A DNA stretch of 64,000 nt, taken from the NCBI RefSeq assembly GCF_001194135.2, contig NC_068990.1, forward strand, positions 12,163,208 through 12,227,207, in the 5' to 3' direction. The first letter of the stretch is position 1. Each line of letters opens with the position of its first letter. This DNA comes from Octopus bimaculoides. Lineage: Eukaryota. The notes beneath the pieces were generated by a model. That model was not told the DNA's origin, did no database searches, and saw only the letters and a program-made list of their open reading frames with translations. This document shows positions 1 through 11,308 of this stretch, in pieces. The translations under genes were made by a program, and so were the position numbers.

Positions 1-475
1 TGAACTAAACACCTCATATTCTTTCTATATATATATGTATGTATCAAAATACGCAACAGGATATCAAGTAGTAATGCAGTACGACCGTTTCAAGTAGCTC
101 TGTTTAGTTGAACAATGCAATCAATACATCAATTTAAATGCAGTGCTATCTTCAGCTGCAGAAAATATAGAATGTTTTAACAAGTAGGTCACATTAATAT
201 AAATTTTCTTAAATATTTTAACAGAGTAAGAAGATGGAGGAAATTCATGTTGATGCTATTGTAGCAAAGTGGCTAAGAATAGACTACAATGTTTTAGAAT
301 CGCATGGAGCACAGTGGGGTCATAGGGTTGTAAGGGTCGTAATTCTTTCTACTTTATCCATCTCTTTATCATCTATTAAATCTGCGACTATGTATGTATT
401 TATATATGTATATATATATACATATATGTATTATGTAAATACACACACACACATATATATGTATGTACATATTTA

Positions 476-622
476 TAGGCAGAAACATGAGTGTGTAGTT
501 GAAAAGTTTGCTTCCTAACAACTGTATGGCTCCAGGTTCAGTCCCACTGCACAGTGCCTTGGGTAAATGTCTCTTAATATAGCCTTTGGTTAACTAAAGC
601 ACTAATGAGAGAATTTGGTAGC
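476..622 (+). mobile_element. tRNA-headed SINE family A, decayed 5' part
   Basis: Matches the head and body of the fuller copies at 5085-5480 and 21772-22165 (ccaggttcagtcccactgc...ccttgggtaaatgtct...tatagcc). Confidence 0.8.
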
Positions 623-906
623 TCTGTGTATGTATGTATGTGTGTGTGTGTATTTCTTTATATATGCAATTGCATACATGGAATTGTGGCTGATGTTGTT
701 GCTAGTTTCTCCTACCAACAAGTCATCTGGGCACTTCATGACTTTGACACCATGAGGAATATGTGACCCCTAACTTGAACAACAGGTAAAGATTAACGTC
801 AGGAAGGGTATCCAGCTGTAAAATGATGTCTCGATAAATACGTTCATCCAATCCATGCAAGCATAGATAAACAGGTGTCAAATGAAAGAATCTCTCTCTC
901 TCTCTC

Positions 907-954
<48 letters not shown>

Positions 955-1289
955 NNNNNNNNNNGTTTTTTTCTCAGTACACAATGGATTTTGCAGTTTC
1001 CACCAACCAAAAACCATGCATGTGACATAAGTTGGATCCTCTGATTTTTTCCCTGAATTCTTTCTATTGTTTTCACTTCCTTTTTCCGTAAAACAGCCTC
1101 ATTTTCCCATTAAAATGAAAATTAGTTGTTTAAAAGCAGAAGCCTTTATTTGTAAATACTATAATTTCATTTAAATAATGGAGTAATTTTCAACCACATC
1201 AAATAAAACTATTTGAGACAAAGAATTTAATCCTGATTAGTCAATCTGAGAATATAATGATTTCAAATCTTTGCCACAAGAGCAAAGTT

Positions 1290-1452
1290 GATTACATTAA
1301 CCCAGTGTTCAGCTGGTACTTATTTTATCAACCCTGAGAGGATGAAAGGCAAAGTCGACCTCGGCGGAATTTGAGCTCAGGACGTAGCAACGGGTGAAAT
1401 ACCACTAAGATTTTCGTTCAGCATGCTAACGATTCAGCCAGCCTGCCGCCTT
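1290..1452 (-). mobile_element. SINE family B copy
   Basis: Reverse complement of the family B core seen at 3721-3947 (ctgagctcaaattccgccgaggtcgactttgcctttcatcc...gataaaataagtaccag). Confidence 0.85.
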
Positions 1453-2800
1453 AATCTGAGGATATAATAGAAGACAATAATGGTGGCATGCTGTGAGATA
1501 AGAACTCAAATCCACTTGGTTGCAAATGGAGCCTCTTAACTTCACAGCCAGTCAGAAGCCATACCTGCATGCATAAAAACACAAACACAAAATTCTCACA
1601 TCAATACATGTAGCTACATGTAAATAGAAATACTTGTAATGAAGGATGGACAGATGAAGAAAATATTAGCTGCATCAAGGTAAATAGATTATTAGTCATT
1701 GGTGTTTGATCTGAACTGAGCTATTTTTTTGTTAATATTTAATTGGCATTTGAATAATTTAAGCCATTACTCCTCTTGTCAACTGACTAATTGCATTGCA
1801 AACAAAACAGAAAAAGAAATAATCAAAACAACACAGAGAAAAACAAGACTGAATAAATAAATAAAATATATATAAAAAAAAGACCTGGCAACTGTTTGTG
1901 AGTTTCCAAACTCCCTTCTGTTAACTTGCAGTGACTAGTTTGTGACGGTGTGTTCATGATTCAGCTGTCGTATGCATTTAGCCCAGGCATTGATTTCCTC
2001 ATTAGCTTGTTCTTTTTGTTTTTCTATTTCTTTTCGGAAATTTCATTCGATAATGTTTATTTTTCTTCTCTTTTATTTATTTATTTCTTCTTTGTTGGTT
2101 GGCAATGTGGTGGGCGAATGTAGGTGAGTGAGTGGGTGTTTTAAAGCTGGTCATTAAAGCAGAACTAATTTTACTGCGACTTGTTCAGGTAGTTGACTTT
2201 GGTGTTGGGTCTGGAAGCCCTGATGGGAGGGGTGCAATTGCATGCTTCAAGGTTTATTGGAAGTGAGGGGGCTTTGCAAATAAAGAATATTTTTCTTTTT
2301 ATATTTCTACCCTTGTAATGTTTCCCTTGTTTTTCTTAGTTTATTTCATTTCTATTGTCTTTTTGGATTCTTTTACTTAAAGATACATATTTTTAAGGGA
2401 GAAATATATCAATATCACACTTTCATATCCCTCAATATCCTTTTCTACTCTAAGCACAAGGCCCAAAATTTTTGGGGAGAGGGCCAGTTGGTTAAATAGA
2501 CCCCAGTATGCAAATGGTACTTAATTTATCAACCCCTAAAAGGATAAAAAGCAAAGTTGAGTGCAAGGGGCTTCTTTCAGTTTCTATCTCTCAGATTCAC
2601 TTACAAGGCTTTAATCAGCCTGGGGCTATATAGTAGAAGACACTTGTCCAAGGTGCAGTGCAGTGGAACTGAACCCAAAATAAAATGGCCAGGAAGCAAG
2701 CATTTTAACCAAACACATATGTATTGACTCTTTCTCTCTTTCTCTCTCACACACACACACATACACACACAAGGAGCTCAGTTTCATACATATTTATCAT

Positions 2801-2992
2801 ATATATAAGGAGTTCACAAACACACCTTCACACATAAATTAACTCAGTTTGATATATGTTTATCATATATAAGATAAACAGGATCACACAGTTTATAAAG
2901 CCAATATTTCATTCATTCAATTCTCGTGATTGTACACAGCAGTGTGATGAAATGCAGCTGAAGTCAAAGGTCACGCGATCATTTGAATATAC
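2801..2992. repeat. 192-bp dispersed duplicate, copy 1 (copy 2 at 9749-9939)
   Basis: Manual alignment gives 9 differences over about 192 bp. Not a microsatellite and not similar to the SINE families here. Confidence 0.9.
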
Positions 2993-3139
2993 AGATTTAT
3001 TTAATGTTATTGATAATTTATTCTCAATTTGGTGTAGTGTAACCTTAACAAGAAGCACTGGTTGAACAGAAACTTCATTTGGTTTAGAATATATATAATC
3101 TTGTTTAATTTAAATAGTTTAAGCATACATGTGTGTATG

Positions 3140-3170
<31 letters not shown>

Positions 3171-3416
3171 GTGAGGTGGGTTTGAAAGTATGCTTGTATG
3201 CGTGAATGTGTGTGTCTTGATATTGTGAGCATTACTATCATTTGTTTCCAATATTCCATGAAAATATATCCAGTCGAAAGGAAATATTACCTTACTAGGA
3301 AAAGGTCGGCAACAGAGAGGGCATCTGGCTATAGAACATTTGCTGCAATGAATTCTGTCTGACCCACGCAAGCATGGAAAAGTGGATGTTAAATGATGAT
3401 AATGGTGATAACTAGA

Positions 3417-3494
3417 AGCAGTAGTAGAACTAAACAGCTTCAGCAGTAGTAGAACTAAACAGCTTCAGCAGTAGTAGAACTAAACAGCTTCAGC
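3417..3494. repeat. 25-bp tandem repeat, 3 copies
   Basis: Unit cagtagtagaactaaacagcttcag; gtagtagaac recurs at 3421, 3446 and 3471. Confidence 0.95.
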
Positions 3495-3566
3495 TAGAAA
3501 TCAAAGTTGTATTTCAGAGATATACCTAGCGTAATATCTACAAAAATAGCTGTAAAAAAAGTATCC

Positions 3567-4170
3567 TGGCATGGCTGTGTGATTAGAAGCTTACTTCCCA
3601 ACCACATAGCTCCAGGTTCAGTCCCACTGCATGGCACCTTGGGCAAGTGTCTTCTGATTATAGTCGCAGGTAAACCAAAGCTTTGTGAGTGGATTTGGTA
3701 GACAGAAACTGAAAGAAGCCGGTGAGCTGGCAGAAATGTTAGCATGCTGGGCGAAATGGTTAGCGGTATTTCATCTGCCATTACGTTCTGAGTTCAAATT
3801 CCACCGAGGTTGACTTTGCCTTTCATCCTTCCGGGGTCGATAAATTAAGCACCAGTTACACACGGGAGTCAATGTAATCAACTTAGTCCTTTGTCTGTCC
3901 TTGTTTTTCCCCTCTATGTTTAGCCCCTTATGGGCAATAAAGGAATAAGAAACTGAGAAAAGCCTGTCGTATATGTATACATAAGTGTCTGTGCATGTGT
4001 GTGACTTTGTCCCCACCACCACTTGGCAACTTAGCGGTTCAGCAAAACCAACTGACAGAATAAGTAACAAGCTTAAAAAAAAAGTACTGGACTCAATCTG
4101 TTTGATTGAAATTCTCCAAGGAAGTGTAACAGCATGGCCATGATCAAGTGACTGAAATCAGTAAAAGAAT
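3567..4170 (+). mobile_element. SINE family A, full-length, interrupted by a family B insertion
   Basis: Head ggcatggctgtgtgattagaagcttacttcccaaccac at 3567-3720. Tail (gtccccaccaccacttggcaacttagcggttcagcaaaa...cagcatggcc...gactgaaatcagtaaaag) resumes after 3964. Confidence 0.85.
3721..3947 (+). mobile_element. SINE family B nested in family A, 17-bp TSD
   Basis: Head ggtgagctggcagaaatgttagc, B-box-like gagttcaaattcc, core gcctttcatccttccggggtcgataaattaag. Flanks agaaactgaaagaagcc (3704-3720) and agaaactgagaaaagcc (3948-3964). Confidence 0.9.
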
Positions 4171-4599
4171 ATAGAATATGAAAGAGTTTTAGCTATTATG
4201 TCAATAAATTTGTGCAAACCACATAGCGGCTTCAACATTAACTCACTGAAGGAAATTAGATGTGTAAAGGATATTTAAAATGAAATATTTCAACTATGAA
4301 TTAATGCCATGTCATTGTTAAGACACACCAAGAACATACTAGATATCACTAAAAGACAGCAGTGAGTTCCTGTAAGAACTGTAGATTTAATATCCTATTA
4401 GAACAGGGATTTAAAGTCTTCAATAAAAATATGTTCGTCTAATTGCATTTCTCAAGTATTCTATAGCGGTATCCTAAATTAAATGCCATAGCTCTGGAGA
4501 TAAATATTGAGTTATTCGATGTTGTTATGTTCAATGTTTAGCTTGGTTATGTCTGATAGAGTCATGTTCAGAAATATAAGTCTGTTTGTCTGCTTATAG

Positions 4600-4810
4600 T
4601 TGTTATTCTTGTTTTTTAGTCAGGCCTGATAGGGAAAATCTATAGTCAAATGCACTCCAGCCATGACCTTTCCATTTTGATTTAAAGAAAAGCAAATTAA
4701 CCTCAGGTATCTTTTATGAGATAGCAAGATGTGCTTTTAGGTAAATTTGGTTGCTATTTCTAATATTGATTTAGTAGTCAAGTAGTGGAAGCATGAGCAC
4801 TCTTTTTTTT
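4600..4810 (+). mobile_element. Unclassified dispersed repeat family F (ends ttggctgctatttctagca)
   Basis: Related pieces at about 6300-6390(+), 8200-8395(-), 14360-14560(+), 26640-26720(+), 30195-30300(+) and 51690-51775(+). Boundaries approximate. Confidence 0.55.
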
Positions 4811-5084
4811 TCCCTTGCAGTAAGTCTTATAATATATTGTTGATCATAAATCAGGCCACAACACTAAATATAGTTATCTGACAAACATCAAATGTCGTCG
4901 TTGTCATCATCATTTTGACATCTACTTTTCCATGCTGTCATGGGTCAGACAGAATTCATTGATGCAGATTTTCTGTAGCTGAATGTCCTTCCCGTTTGCA
5001 CTTCTCACTTGTTTCCAAGCAAGGTAATACTCTCCTAATCTATCAAACAAAAAACAGCTCAGACAGACATTCTTTTATTCTTTT

Positions 5085-5480
5085 ATTCTTTTACTTGTTT
5101 CAGTCATTTGACTGTGGCCATGCTGGAGCACCGCATTTAGTCGAGCAAATCGACCCCAGGACTTATTCTTTGTAAGCCTAGTACTTATTCTATCGGTCGC
5201 TTTTGACGAACTACTAAGTTACAGGGACGTAAACACACCAGCGTCGGTTGTCAAGCGATGTTGGGCGGACAAACACACACACACACACACGCACACACAT
5301 ATATATACATATACATATATACAACGGGCTTCTTTCGGTTTCCGTCTACCAAATCCACTCACAAGGCTTTGGTCAGCCCGAGGCTATAGTAGAAGACACT
5401 TGCCCAAGGTGCCACGCAGTGGGACTGAACCCAGAACCAGGTGGTTGGTAAGCAAGCTACTTACCACAGTCACTCCTGTG
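5085..5480 (-). mobile_element. SINE family A, full-length with internal (CA)/(TA) spacer
   Basis: Reverse complement contains the tRNA-like head, ggcaccttgggcaagtgtcttctactatagcc body, microsatellite spacer and tail ending gactgaaacaagtaaaag. Other family A pieces at about 2572-2720(-), 6020-6275(+), 16180-16400(-), 16893-17044(-), 17425-17565(+), 17575-17790(-), 19010-19105(-), 28497-28635(-), 40685-40830(-), 44535-44680(+) and 55000-55200(-). Confidence 0.92.
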
Positions 5481-5699
5481 CCTCAGTAGTCAGCCTCATC
5501 ATTTAACATTGGTTTTCCATGATGACATGGGATGGACGGTTCAACATGGAGCTGGCCTGCCAGGGAGCTGTCTAGACTCTAATTGTCTGTTGTGGCATAG
5601 TTTTTATAGCTGGATACCCTTACTACATATAGGAACAGGCTGAGGGGACTGAGTTCCTTTCAAGCATTGGGCCTCATGGAAGCAAAATGGCTGAGCTCC

Positions 5700-5990
5700 A
5701 TTCGAGTGTTGGGCCTCATGGAGGCAATGATGAAGACCTTTGGCATTATGTCGTGCTTGAGAAGAAGACCCATTGAGCCAAGCAAAATCACAGTCATGAT
5801 AGATACCAATGTCATGGAAACGGCAACCATGCTGGTGGCATGTAAAAGCACCCATTATACTCTCAGAGGGGTTGGCATTAGCAAGGGCATCCATCTGTAG
5901 AAAACCATGCCAAATCAGACTGGATCCTGGCGCAGCCTTCTGGCGAGCCAGCCCAGTAAAACCGTCCAACCCATGCCAGGATGGAATGAT
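5700..5990 (+). mobile_element. LINE 3' UTR-type fragment, probably RTE clade
   Basis: gggcctcatggaggcaatga...gaagggcatccatctgtagaaaaccatgccaaatcagactgga...aacccatgccag ending in GAT repeats. Related copies at 15487-15815(+), 24745-25050(+), 48525-48745(-), 55272-55630(-) and 63640-63862(-). Clade assignment is inference. Confidence 0.7.
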
Positions 5991-6877
5991 AATACACACA
6001 CACACAAACACACACGTATATGTGTGTAGGTATCCATGTATGTGTGTGTCAATGTGTGCGTATGTTATTGTGCTGTTTGTCCTCATCCATCCACCACTCG
6101 ACAACTGATGTGGGCTTCTTTATGGTCCCAGAACAGTTCAGCAAAAGAGTTCAATAGAATAAGTACCAGACTTCAAAAAAAAAAACAAGTACAGGGGTCA
6201 ATCTGTTTAACTAAGACCCCTCAAAGCAATGTTGCTCCAGCATGGCCACAGTCCACAACTGCAACAATTAAAAGATAAACGGTATATCCTTCAGCTTTTT
6301 ATGATAACAGAGTAAGACTCAAGTGAGATTCAGTTGTTATTTCTAGCACGTCGAGTGACTACACAGAAGCTCTCTTGTTGGATCATTAAAGAATTAGCAT
6401 TAATTGCTGAACGATAAACATTCCACTGTTGTCATTTCTTGTATTACTAGGAGAATTGTTATCTCTGATTTGGAATGTATCTAGAAACATACACACGCAT
6501 ATCTACCAAATTGTTATGAGACATGCAACGATCTGGCTACAAATCTGTTAATTAATTAATTGATTAATTGATCATACGATATATCTAACTGCATTACTGT
6601 CTGTCTGGCTGTTTGTCAGCATATCTACTTATGTATATATATATATCATATCATATTATTTCATATAATATCATATAATATAATATAATCATCGTTTAAC
6701 ACCCATGTTCCATGCTAATGTTGGTATAGGTTAGCCATATGTGTGTGCATGTATATAAATATATATATATATATATTTCGAAACGCCTGTGTTAGAATGG
6801 GGGGCATCGATATATACAGGTAGATGTAAGTATGTACATACATGTACGTATATATGCATATACTCATTTATTATTTG

Positions 6878-6920
<43 letters not shown>

Positions 6921-6923
<3 letters not shown>

Positions 6924-7075
6924 GCAGGTATTGGTAGTGCAAATCAGAGGCGCAATCTGTGTGGGTGTTTTTCAAAACATCGTCTGGTTTAAAAGGCCAC
7001 ATCAGACGACATGAAAGGGCTAAGGTGTAGGTGCAGGAGGTGGTCAAACTCTGTGTAAGGAGTAGACAACCACCA
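6921..7075 (+). pseudogene. Decayed single C2H2 zinc-finger coding fragment (LINE 3' end or ZNF relic)
   Basis: With one T restored in the T-run near 6970 it reads RNLCGCFFKTSSGLKGHIRRHERAKV* (6951-7030), a C-x2-C-x12-H-x3-H pattern with the first Cys as Arg (CGC for TGC). Confidence 0.6.
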
Positions 7076-7142
7076 TATATATACACACATATAATAGAAA
7101 TATTAATATTTCTAAGTCTTCTCTAAAGGAGACAGATAGATC

Positions 7143-7206
<64 letters not shown>

Positions 7207-7754
7207 TGTACATATATATATGTTTATAAATATGTGTGTGTATTCATATTCTAGTGGGATATTTTAATTGATAAGTTTTTTCCATCAGCTTAACCCATCA
7301 CCTGGGTTAGCACCACCACCTGACCTTTGGGCAGCTTTTAATAGCTGTCCACTCTAATGCAAATAAACAGGCCAGATCTCCGGTCTGAGAATAACTTATT
7401 CCCTTCCTTCTATCAGTCTTAGAGGCTCCAAAAAATGTCAAGGATATTGCCCTTCCTCCGCTAAGTCACGCCGAAAATGTAAAAAAATTAAACAGGAAAA
7501 GTAGTATATTTTGACATTTTATTGCATTGGAGAATTTTAAAAATCTTCAAATAATCATTAGATGACATTTCATTCAAATTATCCTCTGCTTTTTACCATT
7601 TAAGCTAAATAGCTTTGCTAGGTATTGCATAGGATTTGGACAGATTTTCAATGTTTGCGACATATTTCTGGCAAGTCTTTATTATGTATAATAGATAAAT
7701 GCTGAAGAATGGAAAGTGGTAAATGGAATTTGAGTAGGATACGTATTATTAATC

Positions 7755-7802
7755 ATCATCACCATCGTTGTCATTGGTCGTCATTGGTCATCATCGTCAT
7801 CG

Positions 7803-7833
<31 letters not shown>

Positions 7834-7927
7834 CAACATCGTCATCGTCATCATTATCATCATCATCCTCAACATCATCATCATCATCATCATCATCATT
7901 ATCGTCATCGTCGTCGTCGTCGTCATC

Positions 7928-7978
<51 letters not shown>

Positions 7979-7992
7979 TTTATCATTATCAC
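7755..7992. repeat. (CAT/CGT)n compound trinucleotide microsatellite
   Basis: Direct reading; source of the poly-His, poly-Ile and poly-Met ORFs in the track. Confidence 0.95.
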
Positions 7993-8929
7993 TTGAGCTG
8001 GATGCACTCGTCTGGCTCGCCAGCTCCGGTGAAACTGTCTAACCCATGCCAGCATGGAAAAATGGACGTTAAATGATGATGATAATGAACTTTTTCAGCA
8101 TCATCCTTGTTATTGTCATACTGTCATCATTTTCATCATTGTCATCTTTGTTGTAATCCTCATCTTCATCAACAATAACAGCAACAACTGATTCTACAAA
8201 AACAGAGAATCTTTATGTGGTCCTTGGGCTTGCTAGAAATAACAGTTGGGTCTCCAATGCTAAAAAACTATGTCATATATTATGTTGTATTAGATGTATA
8301 ATGTTTGGCACAGAAAAAAGGCAAAATGTGATGGTCATGGGTGGAACACTTTTATCACAAACTCTGCTTAATCAAAAATGATTGAAGGGGTCTAAACAAT
8401 AGTAACAACAACAACTTTGTCTCTTGTCATCACCACCAGCAGCAGCAGCAGTAGCAGCAACATCATAAGCCACATCATCATCAGTAACAGCAGCAGCAGC
8501 AGCATTTCCACTCTCAGAACCACCACTATTTCTACTACTACTACTGCTACTACTGCNNNNNNNNNNNNNNNNNNNNNNNNNNNNNNNNNNNNNNNNNNNN
8601 NNNNNNNNNNNNNNNNNNNNNNNNNNNNNNNNNNNNNNNNNNNNNNNNNNNNNNNNNNNNNNNNNNNNNNNNNNNNNNNNNNNNNNNNNNNNNNNNNNNN
8701 NNNNNNNNNNNNNNNNNNNNNNNNNNNNNNNNNNNNNNNNNNNNNNNNNNNNNNNNNNNNNNNNNNNNNNNNNNNNNNNNNNNNNNNNNNNNNNNNNNNN
8801 NNNNNNNNNNNNNNNNNNNNNNNNNNNNNNNNNNNNNNNNNNNNNNCACCACCACCGCCACCACCGCCTCGAACCGCCAATGCTACCATCACTGCAGTCA
8901 TCACCACTCTTGTTTCTTTACTCTCAAAG

Positions 8930-9270
8930 GTGGAATGGATCTGTAGTATGGCATACTGCCACTCCTCCTATAACCGTTTCATTTTCTCTGTAGTAATGCT
9001 TAAACTTCATGATAATCCAAATTCCTCGCTTAGTTCTTCATCTTCTTTCATCTTCCTCTACCTTGAATACCTCCCAGTCTTGGCATACAGCACTCTTTCA
9101 CCCAGTAGGTGTCATGTATTCACATAAAACGCCCACACCACCACAGACACCACTCCTCTACATATAAAATGATAATACCTTTAATACTCTACTTGCACCA
9201 AAGCATTCATGTAAATTGATGTTGTATACTTAATAGGTTACTCTTAACTCATTTCTTTCCATCTTCTAAA
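8930..9270 (-). mobile_element. Highly decayed RTE-like LINE C-terminal fragment
   Basis: Minus strand gives WWCGRFM*IHDTYWVKEC...GGIQGRGR*KK, resembling the RTE RWYGHVxR...RGRPxK motif; many stops. Confidence 0.4.
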
Positions 9271-9411
9271 GATCTTTTGCACTCAATATCCAAAATCGTG
9301 AAAGTTGGCAGAGTTGTTAGAGCAGAAGAAGAACTAACTCCTAACGTGTTTTATGGATCTCGTTCCTCTGAGTTCGAATTTTACAGGGTTCAACTCTGCT
9401 GGAATATATAT

Positions 9412-9742
9412 GTTGTTGGCACTCTGTCGCTTACGACGTCGAGGGTTCCAGTTGATCCGATCAACAGAACAGACTACTCGTGAAATTAACGCGCTAGTGG
9501 CTGAGCTCTCCACAGACACGTGTACCCTTAACGTAGTTCTCGGGGATATTCAGCGTGACACAGTGTGACAAGGCTGACCCTTTGAATTACAGGCACAACA
9601 GAAACAGGAAGAAAGAGTGAGAGAAAGTGGTGGTGAAAGAGTACAGCAGGGTTCGCCACCATCCCCTGCCAGTTTGGGAATCGAAACCGCGATCCTATGA
9701 CCTTGAGTCTGTTGCCCTAACCACTGGGCCATTGCGCCTCCA
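9412..9742 (-). mobile_element. tRNA-headed SINE family C, 12-bp TSD, about 52-bp internal deletion
   Basis: Matches 49768-50150 except for the segment after the B box. TSD tggaatatatat at 9400-9411 and 9743-9754. Confidence 0.93.
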
Positions 9743-9748
9743 TGGAAT

Positions 9749-9939
9749 ATATATAAGGAGCTAACAAACACACATTCACACATAAATAAAGTCAGTTTGA
9801 TATATGTTTATCATATATAAGATAAACAGGATCACACAGTTTACAAAGCCAATATTTCATTCATTCATTCTCGTGATTGTACACAACAGTGTGATGAAAT
9901 GCAGCTGAAGTCAAAGGTCATGCGATCATTTGAATATAC
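9749..9939. repeat. 192-bp dispersed duplicate, copy 2
   Basis: About 95% identical to 2801-2992 by manual alignment. Confidence 0.9.
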
Positions 9940-9940
9940 T

Positions 9941-10235
9941 GCTGGAAAGGGCAGATGGAGTGTGGTGGTATAGGCATGTGTTGAGGAGGGATGAGAAGCA
10001 TGTTCTGAGGTGAGGAGGGTGCTTGAGTTTGAGGTAAATGGACCGCGAAAGCGTGGTAGACCAAGGAAAACGTGGAGGGGACCAGTGGAAGAGGAGACTG
10101 GGTGGATGGGCTTGAGAAGGGAGGATGCCCAAAACCTGGCAAGATTGTGAGATAGTGTGAGGGTGGTTGCTATGGCATTGAGATAGATCTGGCCACACCC
10201 GTTAACGGGAACAAAACCCAGATTTAAAACACTGG
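9941..10235 (+). mobile_element. RTE-clade LINE 3' end (C-terminal ORF relic)
   Basis: Across one frameshift it reads ADGVWWYRHVLRRDEKHVLR/RVLEFEVNGPRKRGRPRKTWRGPVEEE...GLRREDA, the RTE RWYGHVLRR...RGRPRKTW signature, followed by a GAT tail. Confidence 0.85.
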
Positions 10236-10458
10236 ATGATGATGGCAATGATGATGATGGCGATGATGATGATGGTGATGATGATGATGGCCATGATGAT
10301 GATGGCCATGATGATGATGGCCATGATGATGATGGCCATGATGATGATGGCCATGATGATGATGGCCATGATGATGATGGCGATGATGACGATGGCGATG
10401 ATGATGATGGCTATGATGATGATGGCGAGGATGATGATGATGATGATGATGATGATGT
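10235..10458. repeat. 15-bp (atgatgatgatggcc) minisatellite within a (GAT)n tail
   Basis: Direct reading; it follows the RTE 3' end immediately. Confidence 0.95.
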
Positions 10459-10689
10459 AAAGGTCAGCAGATGAGTGAAATTATCAGTGTCAAATGAGAT
10501 GCTTTGCAGTATTCATTTCTGGCTCTTTGTATTCTAAGTTCAAATCCTTCTAAGATCGATTTTGTCTCTCTTCGTTTCAGGGTCCCATAAAATGAACTTT
10601 CCATCAGGCTGACAAATCAGAGGAGTGAAGGTGTGTGTCATGATTGGTTCAGGTATTTGTGTCATGATTGTGTCAAGGTTGCAAGTTCA

Positions 10690-10960
10690 CTTCTTGGTGG
10701 CATGCTGTGTCCCCGAGTAAGACACTTTACTTCATGTTGCTCCACTCCACTCCACTCCACTCAACTAGCAAAAATGAGTTGTACCTGTAATTCAAAGGGC
10801 CAGCCTTGTCACATTTTGTACCCTGTTGAATCTTGCTGAGAACTACATTATGAGTACACAAGTCTGTGGAGTACTCAGTCACTTGCCTCTTAATTTCAAG
10901 AGCAGGCTGTTTTGTTGATCAGCTCAAATGGAACCCTTATTACTGTAACCAACAAAGTGC
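10690..10960 (+). mobile_element. Decayed SINE sharing the family C 3' half
   Basis: tgtaattcaaagggccagccttgtcaca...tctgtggagtactcagtcacttgc...gagcaggctgttttgttgatc matches 49970-50120. Confidence 0.75.
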
Positions 10961-11236
10961 CATTGCAACAGAGAAAGTGCAGGGTGTTAATGAAATACCT
11001 TATTGTATTCATTCAACCTCTAAGATTCTGAGTTCAAATCCTACTGATGAAAGCTTTGTCGTTTGTCTTTTCAGAGAACAATAAAATATAGTTGCAGTCA
11101 AGGCTGGTAGATTGGTAGAATTGTTTGGCAGAATAATTCTGTGTATATTAAGTGATATTTATCTATCATCAGATTGGGTATTTCTTTTGTTGAACCTACC
11201 AATAATGGAACAGTTAACTATATGCATGTGTATGTG

Positions 11237-11308
<72 letters not shown>

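Noticed and set aside
234-518. 94-aa ORF MEEIHVDAIV...
   Set aside because: No recognisable domain; runs into TA/CA repeats and a SINE head.
5604-6278. Overlapping ORFs of 63-166 aa
   Set aside because: They are readings of LINE 3' UTR and SINE tail repeats.
7240-7620. Unique-looking block suggesting a DNA transposon
   Set aside because: No TIR pair or TSD found by eye.
7709-8076. Poly-His, poly-Ile and poly-Met ORFs
   Set aside because: Translations of a (CAT)n microsatellite.
8392-9127. 171-236 aa ORFs
   Set aside because: They span an N gap; the apparent length is artefactual. The same applies to all X-rich ORFs.
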